A program made the position numbers and the translations under genes. Source: Ilumatobacteraceae bacterium (GTDB taxonomy: Bacteria; Actinomycetota; Acidimicrobiia; Acidimicrobiales; Ilumatobacteraceae). Taken from it: a DNA stretch of 64,000 bases. Where the stretch lies: positions 3,369 to 67,368 of the forward strand of contig CAVXSN010000019.1 of NCBI GenBank assembly GCA_963764455.1, read 5' to 3'. The notes under the pieces were generated by a model that searched no databases, was not told the origin of the DNA, and was given only the letters and a program-made list of their open reading frames with translations. This document shows positions 43,540 to 54,119 of this stretch, piece by piece. Positions within the stretch are counted from its first letter, which is position 1. Every line of letters starts with the position of its first letter.

Positions 43540-44634
43540 GTGGATCGGGCCCGAACCCTGCGTGTCGGTCTGATCTCCCCGTACAGCCTGAGCGTTCCCG
43601 GCGGCGTCCAGGCGCAGGTCATCGGTCTCGCCCGCGAGTTGCGGCGCCACGGGCACGAGGCTCGCGTGCTCGGACCCTGTGACGGTCCGCCACCGGAGTC
43701 GTTCGTCACGCCGCTCGGCAACAGCCTGCCGACCGCCGCCAACGGATCGATCGCTCCCCTGGCCCCCGACGCGTCTGCCGCCCTGCGTACGATCCGGGCC
43801 CTTCGCGACGAGCAGTTCGACGTCCTGCACATCCACGAGCCGCTGGCCCCAGGGCCGACGATGACGACGCTGCTCTTCCGCGGCGCGCCGCTGGTCGCAA
43901 CGTTCCACGCCGCCGGCGCATCGACGAGCTATCGCGTGTTCAAGCGGTTCCTGACCAGGACGATCCGCAACATCGACGTCAAGGTCGTCGTCTCCAAGGA
44001 CGCCCTGGCTCTCGTGCAATCGCACCTCGGGGGCGACTACCGGGTGCTCTTCAACGGCGTCGACATCGCAACGATCGCCGCCGCGAGACCGGTTCCAGCC
44101 GGCGGTCCAACGATCTTCTTCTGCGGGCGCCACGAGGAACGCAAGGGCCTCGCCGTGCTCATGGAGGCGTTCAGCAGATTGCCGAGCGACGCCCGGCTGT
44201 GGATCGCCAGCGACGGGCCGGACGGACCGGCATTGCGGGCCCGCTACGCCGAGGACCACCGGATCTCGTGGCTCGGCCGCGTCGACGACGCCGAGAAGTT
44301 CGGACGGCTCCGTGGCGCCTCGGTGTTCTGCGCGCCGTCGCTCCACGGCGAGTCCTTCGGCGTGGTGCTGATCGAGGCGATGGCCGCCGGCACCCCGGTC
44401 GTCGCCAGCGGTCTCGACGGCTACCGCAACGTCGCGACCGACGGCGTCGACGCGCTCCTGGTCGAGCCCGGTGATGCGGGTGCCCTCGCCAGCGCCTTGG
44501 CGAGGGTGCTCACCGACAACGCGTTGGCCGACCGCCTGCGCGCCCACGGCCTCTCGCGCGCCGAGGACTTCTCGATGTCCAAGCTCGCCGACGAGTACGT
44601 CGCGATCTACCGCGAACTGCTCGCCCGCCGGTAG
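43540..44634 (+). CDS. GT4 glycosyltransferase, PimA-like
   Basis: RVGLISPYSLSVPGGVQAQV, NGS, HIHEP, VATFH, ERKG, GESFGVVLIEAMAAG. Confidence 0.88.
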   Translation: MDRARTLRVGLISPYSLSVPGGVQAQVIGLARELRRHGHEARVLGPCDGPPPESFVTPLGNSLPTAANGSIAPLAPDASAALRTIRALRDEQFDVLHIHEPLAPGPTMTTLLFRGAPLVATFHAAGASTSYRVFKRFLTRTIRNIDVKVVVSKDALALVQSHLGGDYRVLFNGVDIATIAAARPVPAGGPTIFFCGRHEERKGLAVLMEAFSRLPSDARLWIASDGPDGPALRARYAEDHRISWLGRVDDAEKFGRLRGASVFCAPSLHGESFGVVLIEAMAAGTPVVASGLDGYRNVATDGVDALLVEPGDAGALASALARVLTDNALADRLRAHGLSRAEDFSMSKLADEYVAIYRELLARR

Positions 44635-45916
44635 TCCCCGACCGATGGGTGCTGGCAGGACGATCCGGTCCGGTGCGCACCCATCGGTCGAATGCGCTCA
44701 GCGCGTGCTCGCGAGACTTGATCTCCCGACGCGCGATGGTCATCTTGTGCACCTCGTCTGGGCCGTCGGCGATGCGCAGGGTGCGAACGTGCGCGTACAG
44801 GTACGCAAGCGGCGTGAACTGGGTGACTCCGGCTGCGCCATGTACTTGGATCGCCCGATCGATGACCTTGAGCACGATGTTCGGGACCGCGACCTTGATG
44901 CCCGAGATCTCGATGGCCGCGGCCTTGTTCCCGACCGTGTCCATGAGGTCGGCCGCGTGGTGAACATACTGGCGCGCCATGTCGAGCTCGATGCGAGACT
45001 CGGCGATCCAGTCCTGGATCAGCCCCTTGTCGGCGACCCGCGACCCGAACGTCGTGCGCTCGAGCGCTCGGTCGACCATCAGTCCGAGCGCCCGCTCGCC
45101 GACGCCGATCGTCCGCATGCAGTGATGGATCCGGCCCGGGCCGAGACGAGCTTGGGAGATCGCGAAGCCGCCGCCCTCCTCGCCGAGCAGGTTGTCGAGC
45201 GGGACGGTCACGTTCTCGAACGTGATCTCGGGGTGCCCTCCGTGGGCTCGGTCGTCGTAGCCGAAGACGGACGGCTTCCGGCTGATCGTGACGCCCGGCG
45301 TGTCCTTCGGGACCACGACCATCGACTGCTGGAGGTGCCGCGACGCGTCGGGGTTCGTCTTGCCCATCACAATGAACACCTTGCAGCGGTCGCGGGTGGC
45401 GCCCGAGGAGAACCACTTCGTGCCGTTCAAGACGTAGGAGTCGCCGTCCCGCTCGATGCGGAGCCCGACGTTGGTGGCGTCGGAAGACGCCACGTTCGGC
45501 TCCGTCATGCAGAACGCCGATCGGATCTCGCCCTCGAGCAGCGGCGCCAGCCAGTCACGCTTGATCGCCTCGGAGCCGTACAGGTTGAGGACCTCCATGT
45601 TCCCGGTGTCAGGCGCAGCACAGTTCAGCGCCTCTGACGCGAACGTGACCTTGCCGAGCTCCTCGGAGACCGGCGCGTAATCGAGGTTCGACAACTTCGT
45701 GCCCGGAGAATCGGGGGCGAGATGAGGAAGGAACAGGTTCCACAGGCCGCGCTCGCGCGCCGCGGCCTTGAGCTTCTCGAGAATCGGCGGGTCACCGTCG
45801 CCAGAGTCCTCGACCTGGCGGTGATACTCCTCCTCGTTCGGGTAGACGTGGTCGTCCATGAAGGCGACGACGTCAGCGTGCACCTGCTCAGCCTTCGGCG
45901 AGAATCTGTACGGCAT
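44635..45916 (-). CDS. Acyl-CoA dehydrogenase (end approximate)
   Basis: GLWNLFLP, NCAAPDTGNMEVL, FCMTEP.VASSDATN, RLGPGRIHHCMR, RIADGPDEVH. Confidence 0.94.
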
Positions 45917-45980
45917 GACGTGAGCGTGCCACATCGCCATTGACGACAGCGGAGCGAGCGACACGGGTACCGTCGTACGC

Positions 45981-46757
45981 GTGCCGCTGCGACGCGATCT
46001 CCGATGGCTCGCGCTCCTTCCTGCTGGGCTGCTCGCGCTTGCGTGCTCGGCTTGCTCGGGGCTGACGGCCGACAGCTCGAGCGAGACGCTGCCGCCCCTC
46101 GTACCAGGCAACACCGGCCCGCCTGTGACCCAGCTGCCGGCGGTGGGGCCGGACGGCAACCCGGTCGTGAACACCCAGGGTTCCACCAGCACCGCCCCTG
46201 CCCAGGACCCAGCCGCGTTGGCGGCCGACGATGCCAACCCCACGTCGGTTGCCGCCAGATTCCTCGCCGCAGTCGCATCGGGCGATCCCGGGGCCGCGAC
46301 CGCGCTCGAGATGCCCGACCGGAGGCCGACGGTCGTCGAGTGGGCGCAAGGTGCCTACCAGCAGTACACGGAGCTCGCCGGCGCCGGCTCGTGGGGCGTC
46401 CCGACATGTAGCGACCCTGCCGCCGCCACGGTCCAGTGTTCGTGGTTGCAGACCGATGCTGCACCGACCCTCCAGCTCGTCAACGAGGGCGACACGTGGC
46501 GCGTGTCCCATCCGGTGTTCGCCCGCGCCGGGGAACCGGCGGCGGTCGGCAGCGGATGCGTCGTCGGATCGGACAACGTCAACTTCCGAGGCGGCCCGGG
46601 GACCAGCTGGCCGCGCTTCGCGCAGATCCCCCCAGGCTCGTGCAACGTGACCGTGTTCGACGCTGTCGAAAGCGACCCGATCGAAGGCGATCAGTGGCGC
46701 TATGTCGAGTTCAACGGCCAGCGCGGCTGGATCGTCGATCGCGTCGTCCAGACCTAG
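45981..46757 (+). CDS. Lipoprotein with C-terminal SH3b-like domain
   Basis: Lipobox-like LALACSAC; DNVNFRGGPGTSW...WRYVEFNGQRGWI. Confidence 0.72.
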   Translation: MPLRRDLRWLALLPAGLLALACSACSGLTADSSSETLPPLVPGNTGPPVTQLPAVGPDGNPVVNTQGSTSTAPAQDPAALAADDANPTSVAARFLAAVASGDPGAATALEMPDRRPTVVEWAQGAYQQYTELAGAGSWGVPTCSDPAAATVQCSWLQTDAAPTLQLVNEGDTWRVSHPVFARAGEPAAVGSGCVVGSDNVNFRGGPGTSWPRFAQIPPGSCNVTVFDAVESDPIEGDQWRYVEFNGQRGWIVDRVVQT

Positions 46758-46762
46758 CGGCG

Positions 46763-46956
46763 AAGGGCAGCGACCCCCCGTCGAAGCGCTCCTCCGCAGC
46801 TGCGGATCCGCCCATCCACTCGGAGTTCAGTCCGCTGCGAGGTCAGTCCCGGCTAGCAAGCTCGGGGGCCAAGCCTGCCCGTCCTCCGCACCGAAATCCC
46901 TCACTACGGTCAGTGCGGGTCACGGCATACCGGAGGCTCACGTCGCCACTGCCCTC
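46763..46956 (+). ncRNA. Candidate 6S RNA-like rod-shaped ncRNA
   Basis: Nested pairings GGGCAG/CTGCCC, CGAC/GTCG, CCTCCG/CGGAGG, GATCCGC/GCGGGTC, a central asymmetric bubble and an apical CCCGG..CGGG hairpin; ~195 nt; strand inferred only from G-U pairs. Confidence 0.45.
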
Positions 46957-46980
46957 TGCGAGGTGACACCGCTGCCACAG

Positions 46981-47003
46981 CACTGCCGCAGCCAGCGGCA
47001 GTG
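46981..47003. terminator. 9-bp GC hairpin after the candidate ncRNA
   Basis: CACTGCCGC-AGCCA-GCGGCAGTG. Confidence 0.45.
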
Positions 47004-47023
47004 GGGCCAATAGGCTCGGCGAT

Positions 47024-48250
47024 GTGGATGGAGGTCGGCGCGCCATCGCGGTCACGATTGCCGTCGGCGCGGTGACCGTCGGAGCACAACCGATCGCGGC
47101 GGTCGACGACGACGTGCCGAAGCGGCAGCCGGTCGTGGCGTGGGAGGCACCGGTCGCGTGCGACAGCGCAGCGGCGCTGAGGGCCGCCAGCGGGCAGGGC
47201 CGGCACTGCACGCTGGCCTTCGCTCGGGACCTCGTGTTCGTCCACGAGCACACCGGGACGGTCGGGTCGGGCGGGCGGTTCAGCTTGTCCGCTCACGAGG
47301 TCGCAACGGGTGCCGTCCGCTGGACGCAGGACGTCGGCGAGACCTTCGACCTCCTGGTGACCGACGGAGCGGTGATCCTCAGCGACAAGGCCCACATCGA
47401 GGTGTTCGATGCCGACTCCGGAGACTCGCGTTTCACTCGCCAGGGCAGCCTCGTCGACTACAACATCTACGGAGTGCTCGTGATGACCGCCGGGGCCGAC
47501 GAGATCACCGCCGTCGACGCCGCGGACGGTGAGGACCTGTGGTCGATGCCGGGACAGGTTGGAGCGATGTGTCGTGACTTCGTTGCCGTGGTTCCGGCGC
47601 CGTCGCAGCCGGCGGCGCCGTTCGCGCTCGTCGACCACCGATCCGGCGACGTGCGGTGGAGCAGCGAATCCGAGTTCGACCCTGCGACCGACCACGTCAC
47701 GTGCTCTCGTGCGCCCTGGATCTATGTCAGCGACGGCGAGCGCCTGTACGAACTCGACTCGTTCGACGGCCGGACGACGTGGGAGACCGCGGTCCCTGAT
47801 GCCGGCACGGTCGATCTCTACCGCGAGGTCGCGCTCGTCGCGACCGGGCCCGACGGCGGCACGATCACCGCGGTGCGCCGCGAGGACGGGGTCATGCTGT
47901 GGCAGCTGCCGGCTGTTCAGGTCGGCTCCTCGCTGTCGTGGATCGGCCGGCTGCGCGAGGACGCCACCGGGCTGTTCACGCTGCATCCGCTCACCGGTGA
48001 GACCGTGCAACGGGTCGACCTTGCCGTCTCGGGAGGCGTGCCGTTCGACATCGTCGGGGTCTCCGACACCCGGGTCGTCGTCGCGGTCGGCACGACGATC
48101 ACCGCCTTCGGGATGAACGATCTCGGGATGGCCTGGCAGATCGACGTCGGGACCGTCCCCGATGCCTTCGGCGTGACCAACGGCTATCTGGTCGTGCGAT
48201 CGGGAGACGTGCTCCGCGGCTTCACGGCAGCTCCTGGGGCGTCCGGGTGA
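47024..48250 (+). CDS. Secreted PQQ-like beta-propeller repeat protein
   Basis: Signal peptide; repeated A.D..TG..RW / DG..LW motifs. Confidence 0.85.
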   Translation: MDGGRRAIAVTIAVGAVTVGAQPIAAVDDDVPKRQPVVAWEAPVACDSAAALRAASGQGRHCTLAFARDLVFVHEHTGTVGSGGRFSLSAHEVATGAVRWTQDVGETFDLLVTDGAVILSDKAHIEVFDADSGDSRFTRQGSLVDYNIYGVLVMTAGADEITAVDAADGEDLWSMPGQVGAMCRDFVAVVPAPSQPAAPFALVDHRSGDVRWSSESEFDPATDHVTCSRAPWIYVSDGERLYELDSFDGRTTWETAVPDAGTVDLYREVALVATGPDGGTITAVRREDGVMLWQLPAVQVGSSLSWIGRLREDATGLFTLHPLTGETVQRVDLAVSGGVPFDIVGVSDTRVVVAVGTTITAFGMNDLGMAWQIDVGTVPDAFGVTNGYLVVRSGDVLRGFTAAPGASG

Positions 48251-48260
48251 AGGCGTCGGG

Positions 48261-48906
48261 GTGAGCACGTCGGCGGATCGGGCGCGGCCGGCGGTCCCAG
48301 GCCGAGCGCACGGCGGAGACCGTCGGCCTGATCATCAATGCGACGCTGGACGCGATCGCCTGGGTCGGCCTGCGCAACGCGACGACCGGCGAGATCAGCC
48401 GGCGTGCGGGTGTCTCGATAGGGGCCTTGTTCCATCACTTCGAGACTCGGCTCGACATCATCGTCGCCGCGGTCGAATACAACCTCGACCAACGCTTCAC
48501 GCGGATCTCCGCAGCCGTCGACGCGCTGCGAAGCGATCGATCCGAGCGTGGGGCGCTGCTTCGCACGCTCCGGTCGATCGCCCGCGAGCCACGGTCGATG
48601 GTGTGGCTCGAGGTGTTGATGGAGGCCCGGACGGACCCGGAACTGCGCGCCAGAGTCACCCCCATCCTCGTGCGGCAACGCGATCGGTTCAGGGCCGGCG
48701 CGGCCCTCGAGCCCAGGCTGCAACGTATGTCGCGGCACGATCGGTTGACGTTGATCGAACTGCTCCGCAACGTCCTCAACGGCGAAGCGATCTGGGAGCC
48801 CGTGATCTCACACGAGGATCTGGACGATCCGAAGCTCGACGCCATCCTCGCGCTGGCCGCCGATCTCAGCGCGACCGAGACGCCCTCCCGAGGTTGGCCG
48901 GCCTGA
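48261..48906 (+). CDS. TetR-family regulator 1 (indel near N-terminus)
   Basis: QAERTAET..IINATLDAI..VGLRNATTGEISRRAGVSIGALFHHF; ARTDPELR. Confidence 0.88.
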
Positions 48907-49046
48907 CCGGGCCGGATCGAGGATTCCAAAACCTCGAGCATCCGGAACGCAGCCTTGCTTTTCCGGCTCGCGTCTCTTACAATGCGCTTGCTCGCTTTCT
49001 CGGCGGAGAGGAAGCGGCACGGCGGGAACCCTGTTCACGTCGGTTA

Positions 49047-49102
49047 TCGGCGGCGGGATCACCTTTGGCGCGGCGGAGCGCTCGCGGTGATCCTGCCGCC
49101 GA
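49047..49102. other. 17-bp stem-loop in the leader of TetR 2
   Basis: TCGGCGGCGGGATCACC...GGTGATCCTGCCGCCGA. Confidence 0.55.
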
Positions 49103-49161
49103 CCCGAAAGGTCTTCGTTCGAGCGGCGGGAGCGCTCGAACCTTCTCTGACCGAGCGCTCA

Positions 49162-49803
49162 ATGGCCAAACGTTCCGATGGATCGCGACGCACCCAGGCG
49201 GAACGCACCGCCGCGACCGTCACCAAGCTGCTCGAGGCGACGATCGATTCGATCGTCGAACTCGGATACGCGGGCGCGACAACGAGGGTCATCTGCGAAC
49301 GGGCCGGGGTCTCGCAGGGTGGGCTGTTCCGCCACTTCGCGACTCGCCGCGACCTCATCGTCGCCGCCATCGAGCACCTCCACGAGACGCGGCGAAGCAA
49401 CTTGAACAAGGACTTCGACCCCGACCTCGGCGGCTTCTCGCCGCCGAGGATCATCGCTCAGTTGAGAGCCGTGCGCGACCACATCAGGGAGCCCCGCAAC
49501 ATGGCCTACCTCGAGGTCATGCTCGCCGCCCGCACCGAGCCAGATCTTCGCGCCGGCCTCGGTCCATTGCTCGCCGGCCAGGATCGGGCCGTCAGAGCGA
49601 GCGCGTCGAAGAACCCGCTGTTCGCTGCGCTGTCCGAGGAATCCCAGCGGGTGTGGCTCGATCTCGTCACCCAGACGCTCTGGGTCGAGTCGCTCTGGCG
49701 GACCGCGCTCCCCGAACCCTCGCTCGACGACCGCAAGCTCGAGCTGCTCGTGAGGCTGGCGTTCCTGCTCGCTGAACGGGAAGGCGTCGCCCTGCCCGCA
49801 TGA
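49162..49803 (+). CDS. TetR-family regulator 2
   Basis: RRTQAERTAATVTKLLEATIDSIVELGYAGATTRVICERAGVSQGGLFRHF; ARTEPDLR. Confidence 0.93.
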   Translation: MAKRSDGSRRTQAERTAATVTKLLEATIDSIVELGYAGATTRVICERAGVSQGGLFRHFATRRDLIVAAIEHLHETRRSNLNKDFDPDLGGFSPPRIIAQLRAVRDHIREPRNMAYLEVMLAARTEPDLRAGLGPLLAGQDRAVRASASKNPLFAALSEESQRVWLDLVTQTLWVESLWRTALPEPSLDDRKLELLVRLAFLLAEREGVALPA

Positions 49804-49828
49804 TGGCGCTCGATCGATCAGCGCTTCG

Positions 49829-50260
49829 TCAGGACTGGCGCGGAACGCTCGCTTCGGGTTGCACGACGATGTGGGTCACCGGCACCTGGTGCTTGCGCCC
49901 GAGACGCTCCGGCAGGCTGAGCTTCAGCCACTTGGACAGCCCGACCGGCAGGGTCGTCACGATGATCCCGTCGACCGTCCGGTCGCGCAGCGCGTCGTCC
50001 ACGGCGAGCATCGGACTGGCGTCGCCGACCTCACCGTCGACGTCGGCACCCATCGAGCGCAGGCGGGCGAGACCTTCGTCCAACCGGTGCCCGGCGATCG
50101 TGTGCGCCTCACCCTCGGTCCACGTCAGATGCTCCTTGGGCGGCGTCGCCGGAACGACGAGATGGAACGAGCACGGACCTTCCTGAAGGCGGGCTCGAAC
50201 ATGGTCGATCAGCTCGGCCCCTCCGAGCGTCTGGTTGGCCACGATGAGGTAGGCGGGCAT
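49829..50260 (-). CDS. Universal stress protein-like protein
   Basis: YLIVANQTLGG.EL, HLVVPATP, GEVGDASP, IIVTTLP..SKWL. Confidence 0.75.
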   Translation of the reverse strand: MPAYLIVANQTLGGAELIDHVRARLQEGPCSFHLVVPATPPKEHLTWTEGEAHTIAGHRLDEGLARLRSMGADVDGEVGDASPMLAVDDALRDRTVDGIIVTTLPVGLSKWLKLSLPERLGRKHQVPVTHIVVQPEASVPRQS

Positions 50261-50413
50261 GGCATTCCCCCTTTCCGCGGGTGGGCTTCCGCACCACCAT
50301 CTTGAACCGTCGCGGTGTAGGCGGCAACGGCGGCACCACTGGTCATCGCCAGGTGCGCGACGTGTCAGACTGGCCTCGCCCCGTTGCATGGGTCGAGAGA
50401 AAGGAGCGAACCT

Positions 50414-50587
50414 ATGGGTCTGCTCGACAAGATCAAGGAAATGTTCGGCGGCCACAAGGAAGAGGTGAAGTCCGGCATCGACAAGGCATCTGACACCGTC
50501 GAGCAGAAGGTCGGCGAGGAGCATGCCCCCAAGGTCGAGAATGCCGCCGAGACCGCGAAGGACGCCGTCGACAAGCTCCCCGAGTGA
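50414..50587 (+). CDS. Small Rv0909/MT0933-like protein
   Basis: MGLLDKIKEMFGGHKEEVKSGIDKA...; RBS AAGGAG. Confidence 0.65.
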   Translation: MGLLDKIKEMFGGHKEEVKSGIDKASDTVEQKVGEEHAPKVENAAETAKDAVDKLPE

Positions 50588-51321
50588 GGTCGCTGGGCAC
50601 GTCGTCCGCAGGAGGCACCGGGCGGGCCTGATCGGCGCCGCCCTGCTCCTCGGCCTCGGTCTCCTGCTCCGCGTCGCCTCATCGGATCCCGTCGCGATGT
50701 GGCACGAGCCGACTGCTGACATCGCCGTCCCGCTGAACGACGCGCGCGGCGGACGATCCGCCGACGACGACGCCACCCGAGGAAGAGCAGGAGCGGGCCG
50801 ATGAACGGGTGCCGACCTGGCTCGACCAGGTCCTCCAGGTCACCCTCATGGTCGTCGTCGCCGCGCTCGTCACGGCGGCGGCGTTGTCGATCTGGCGTCG
50901 CGGCGTGCTCCGCCGGCGCCTCGCGCCGCGAGTACCGCCGCCCGTCCCACACGCGCCTCGGGTCCCGACAGAGCTCACCGAGGCCGCCGACCAGATGCTC
51001 GACGCGCTCCGCGACGGGACCCCGCGCAATGCGATCGTCGCTTGCTGGGTCCGCTTGGAGAGTGCCGTGACGGCGACCGGCACGCGTCGCAACCCTGCCG
51101 ACACTCCGACCGAGCTCGTCGAGCGGGTTCTCGCCGAGCTCCTCGTCGATCGCCACGAACTGGAGACGCTGGCCGGTCTCTATCGCGAAGCCAGATTCTC
51201 GACCCACGAGCTCGATGAGTCGCACCGCCTCCGGGCGATCGCCGCGCTGTCGGGGATCCGCGAACAGCTTCGGAGGGCGCGGCCGACCGTCGAGTCCGTT
51301 CCCAGCGTGGGAGGGCCATGA
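50584..51321 (+). CDS. DUF4129 membrane protein, frameshifted; start approximate
   Basis: PRNAIVACWVRLE...R.PADTPTE...LAGLYREARFSTH. Confidence 0.82.
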
Positions 51322-51797
51322 TGCGTGTGTCCGCCCGCCGGCTTGCCGTACCGGTCATCGTCCTCGCCGTGGCCCTGGCGTTCGGCATCGCCGGCGGGAT
51401 GGAACCCAATCCGCTTCTCCTGGCCGTCGCGATCGGGGCGCTCACCGTGCTCTGCTGGTTCGTGAACGACGTCGGTCAGGTGGCGGGTCCCGCGAACTGG
51501 CGGGTCGACGCACCCGGATCGACGTTGTCGCACGGCGAGGACAGCAGGGTGGGCATTCTCCAGCGTCAACTCGACGGGTTGTTCCGACACTCGTCGGATG
51601 CGGTGTCGCCCGTTCTCGTCGGGGTGATCGACGAACGCGTGCGCTCGCGTCACGGGATCGACCGCCAGACCGACCGCGACGCGTTCCGTCGTGTCGTCGG
51701 CGACGAGCTCGACGCGTTCGTCGCCGCGACCGACGCGGGTTCACCGGTTGCGGCGCGATCGCTGTTCGGCATCATCGCGAGGATCGAACAACTGTGA
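51318..51797 (+). CDS. Membrane protein of the MoxR cluster
   Basis: Two TM helices; RHGID...AFRRVVGDEL...IARIEQL; ATGA coupling. Confidence 0.75.
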   Translation: MMRVSARRLAVPVIVLAVALAFGIAGGMEPNPLLLAVAIGALTVLCWFVNDVGQVAGPANWRVDAPGSTLSHGEDSRVGILQRQLDGLFRHSSDAVSPVLVGVIDERVRSRHGIDRQTDRDAFRRVVGDELDAFVAATDAGSPVAARSLFGIIARIEQL

Positions 51798-52796
51798 TCG
51801 ACCATCCGGCACAACCCGGCGCGCCAGCCGATCGACCAGACCCTCGCAGCGGCAGCGCGGCTCGCGGCATCGGTGCTCGACGAGGTGGAGGTGGCCGTCG
51901 TCGGCAAGCGCGAGGCGCTGGGGCTCGTTCTCGGCTGCATCCTCGCCGGCGGTCACGCGCTGCTCGAAGACTACCCCGGCCTCGGCAAGACGCTCGCCGC
52001 CCGATCGTTCGCGCAGACCCTCGGGCTCACGTTCAAACGCGCCCAGTTCACGCCCGATCTGCTCCCGGCCGATCTGACCGGATCGTTCGTCTACGACCAG
52101 CGCGCCGGGGACTTCACGTTTCGCCAGGGTCCGCTGTTCACCGGGCTCCTGCTCGCGGACGAGATCAACCGCACCCCCCCGAAGACGCAGGCCGCGCTGC
52201 TCGAGGCGATGCAGGAGCGACAGATCACGGTCGAAGGTCACTCGTTCGCGCTGGCGGCTCCGTTCCATGTGTTGGCGACGGCCAACCCGGTGGAGTACGA
52301 GGGCACGTATCCGCTGCCGGAGGCGCAACTCGACCGCTTCCTCATGCGGGTCAGCTTCGGCTACCCCTCAGCCGATCAGGAGTGGGACGTGCTGCGGCGG
52401 CGAATGGCGCGCCAGCGAGAGGAGCAGGTGCTACGACCGATCACCGACGCCGCTGGGCTGCTCGCCATGCAGGCCGCCGTCGAGAGCCTCGCCGTTGACG
52501 ACAGCGTCAGCCAGTACTGCGTGGCGTTGGCCGCCGCAACCCGGCGCCACCCGAGTGTCCTCATCGGGGCGTCGCCGCGCGGCTCGCTCGCCCTGCTCCT
52601 CACGGCCAGAGCCGCCGCCCTGATCGCCGGCCGTGACTTCGTCACCCCAGAGGACGTCAAGCGCGTCGCCGATCCAACGCTCGCCCACCGGATCACGATC
52701 AGGCCGGAGCTGTGGTTGAGCCATGCATCCGGCCACACCGTCGTCAGCGACGTCCTGGGTACGGTGCCGGCACCGGCTGCGCTCGAGCCGGCCTGA
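51794..52796 (+). CDS. MoxR-family AAA+ ATPase
   Basis: GHALLEDYPGLGKT, QFTPDLLPADLTG, LLADEINR, ATANPVEYEGTYPLPEAQLDRF, GASPR. Confidence 0.96.
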
Positions 52797-52803
52797 GAGC
52801 GGG

Positions 52804-54119
52804 ATGCCGATCACGCGTTGCTCGCGCTGGACGCCGACCCCGGCGCACGTGCGGGCCGTCGCGGTCGCGGCCAGCGGAGCGCTGGCATCGGTGTTGCTCG
52901 GGAGACCTGACCTGCTCGTGATCGCCTCGCCGTTCGCGGCGATCGTGGTGTGGTCGATCGCGACCCGTCCCAGCGAGTCACCGTCCGCCGACGCGCGACT
53001 CGGCAACGACACGCTCAGAGAAGGCGAGTCGACGACGTGGTCGGTCACGGTGCACGGAGTCCACGGCGCCGACGTCGTGACGTGCGTCCTGTCCCGCAGA
53101 CGCTGGCGCGACGTCGAACCGGCGCTCGGGGATCCGGCTGACCAGCGCACCCAGCGCGGACAGCACGGCAACGCTTGACATGATCGTCCGCTCGACGCAC
53201 TGGGGTCGCGGTCAGATCGGCCCCGGTCTGGTCGCCTTGCACAGCTCGTGGGGCGCATTCCGCAGCGGCCCGGACCCCCTGCCGGCCGCGGACGTCACCA
53301 CCCTCCCGCTACCCGCCGCATTCGACGGGACGGCGCCGGCGCCCGCGCCCCGCGGGCTGGTCGGCCTCAACCGATCGGCGATGCAGGGCGATGGCGCCGA
53401 GTTCGCCTCCGTCCGCCCGTTCCAGCTCGGCGATCGACTGCGCCGGATTCACTGGCCGGTTTCACTGCGAACGGGAGACCTCCATGTCTCGGCGACTCAC
53501 ACCGACCGCGACACCGAGGTGATCATCGTCCTCGACGCCGGCAACGACGTCGGCCGCAGCGGTGGCATCGACGGCTCCGCGAGCAGCCTCGATCTCTCGG
53601 TGCGCGCGGCCGGGGCGATCGCCGAGCACTTCATGCGCCGGGGTGATCGGGTCGGGCTTCGCACGTTTGCCACCGCGATCACAAGCCGGATCCGCGCCGC
53701 GGAACGGAGCGCGACATCTTCGCCGGCTGCTCCACGAGCTGGCCCGGATCCATGTGGGTTCAGCGGGCATTCGGCGTTCTGCCCCGCCACCGCTCGGACT
53801 TCGCGGGGGCGGGCTCGTCGTGATGCTGTCGCCGATGTTGTCGCCGGCCGCGCTCCATCAGGCGGTCGCTCTGGTGCGCCAGCAGCTGACGGTGGTGGTC
53901 ATCGACACGCTGCCGGACGAGCTCTCCCTGGGCACCGACCACGACGACGCCGAGACCGTGCTGGCGTGGAGGATCCGCCTGCTCGAACGCCGCGAGGAGA
54001 TCCGCCGCGTTCAGGAACACGGCGTCCCGGTCGTGGCGTGGCGTGGTCCGGGGAGCCTCGACAACGTGTTGCGCGAGCTCGGCCGCCGTGCCGGCGCACC
54101 CCGATTGGTTCGGCGATGA
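52804..54119 (+). CDS. DUF58 domain protein, frameshifted
   Basis: GDGAEFASVRPFQLGDRLRRIHWPVSLRTG; GDRVGL. Confidence 0.9.

Noticed and set aside
42271-44634. 787-aa ORF appearing to fuse a serine hydrolase with a PimA-like glycosyltransferase
   Set aside because: The linker is non-protein-like and contains a hairpin (CTGGTCGGA...TCCGACCAG); a TGA lies near 43367 in a shifted frame and the GT gene has its own -10-like TATGGT. Most likely an indel artefact.
46763-46956. Riboswitch, SRP RNA, RNase P, tmRNA or tRNA identity for the structured intergenic region
   Set aside because: No diagnostic conserved motifs of these families seen by eye; only the 6S-like rod architecture fits.
49829-50587. 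USP-like gene and Rv0909-like gene as a toxin-antitoxin pair
   Set aside because: Genes are divergent and no toxin-like partner is adjacent.
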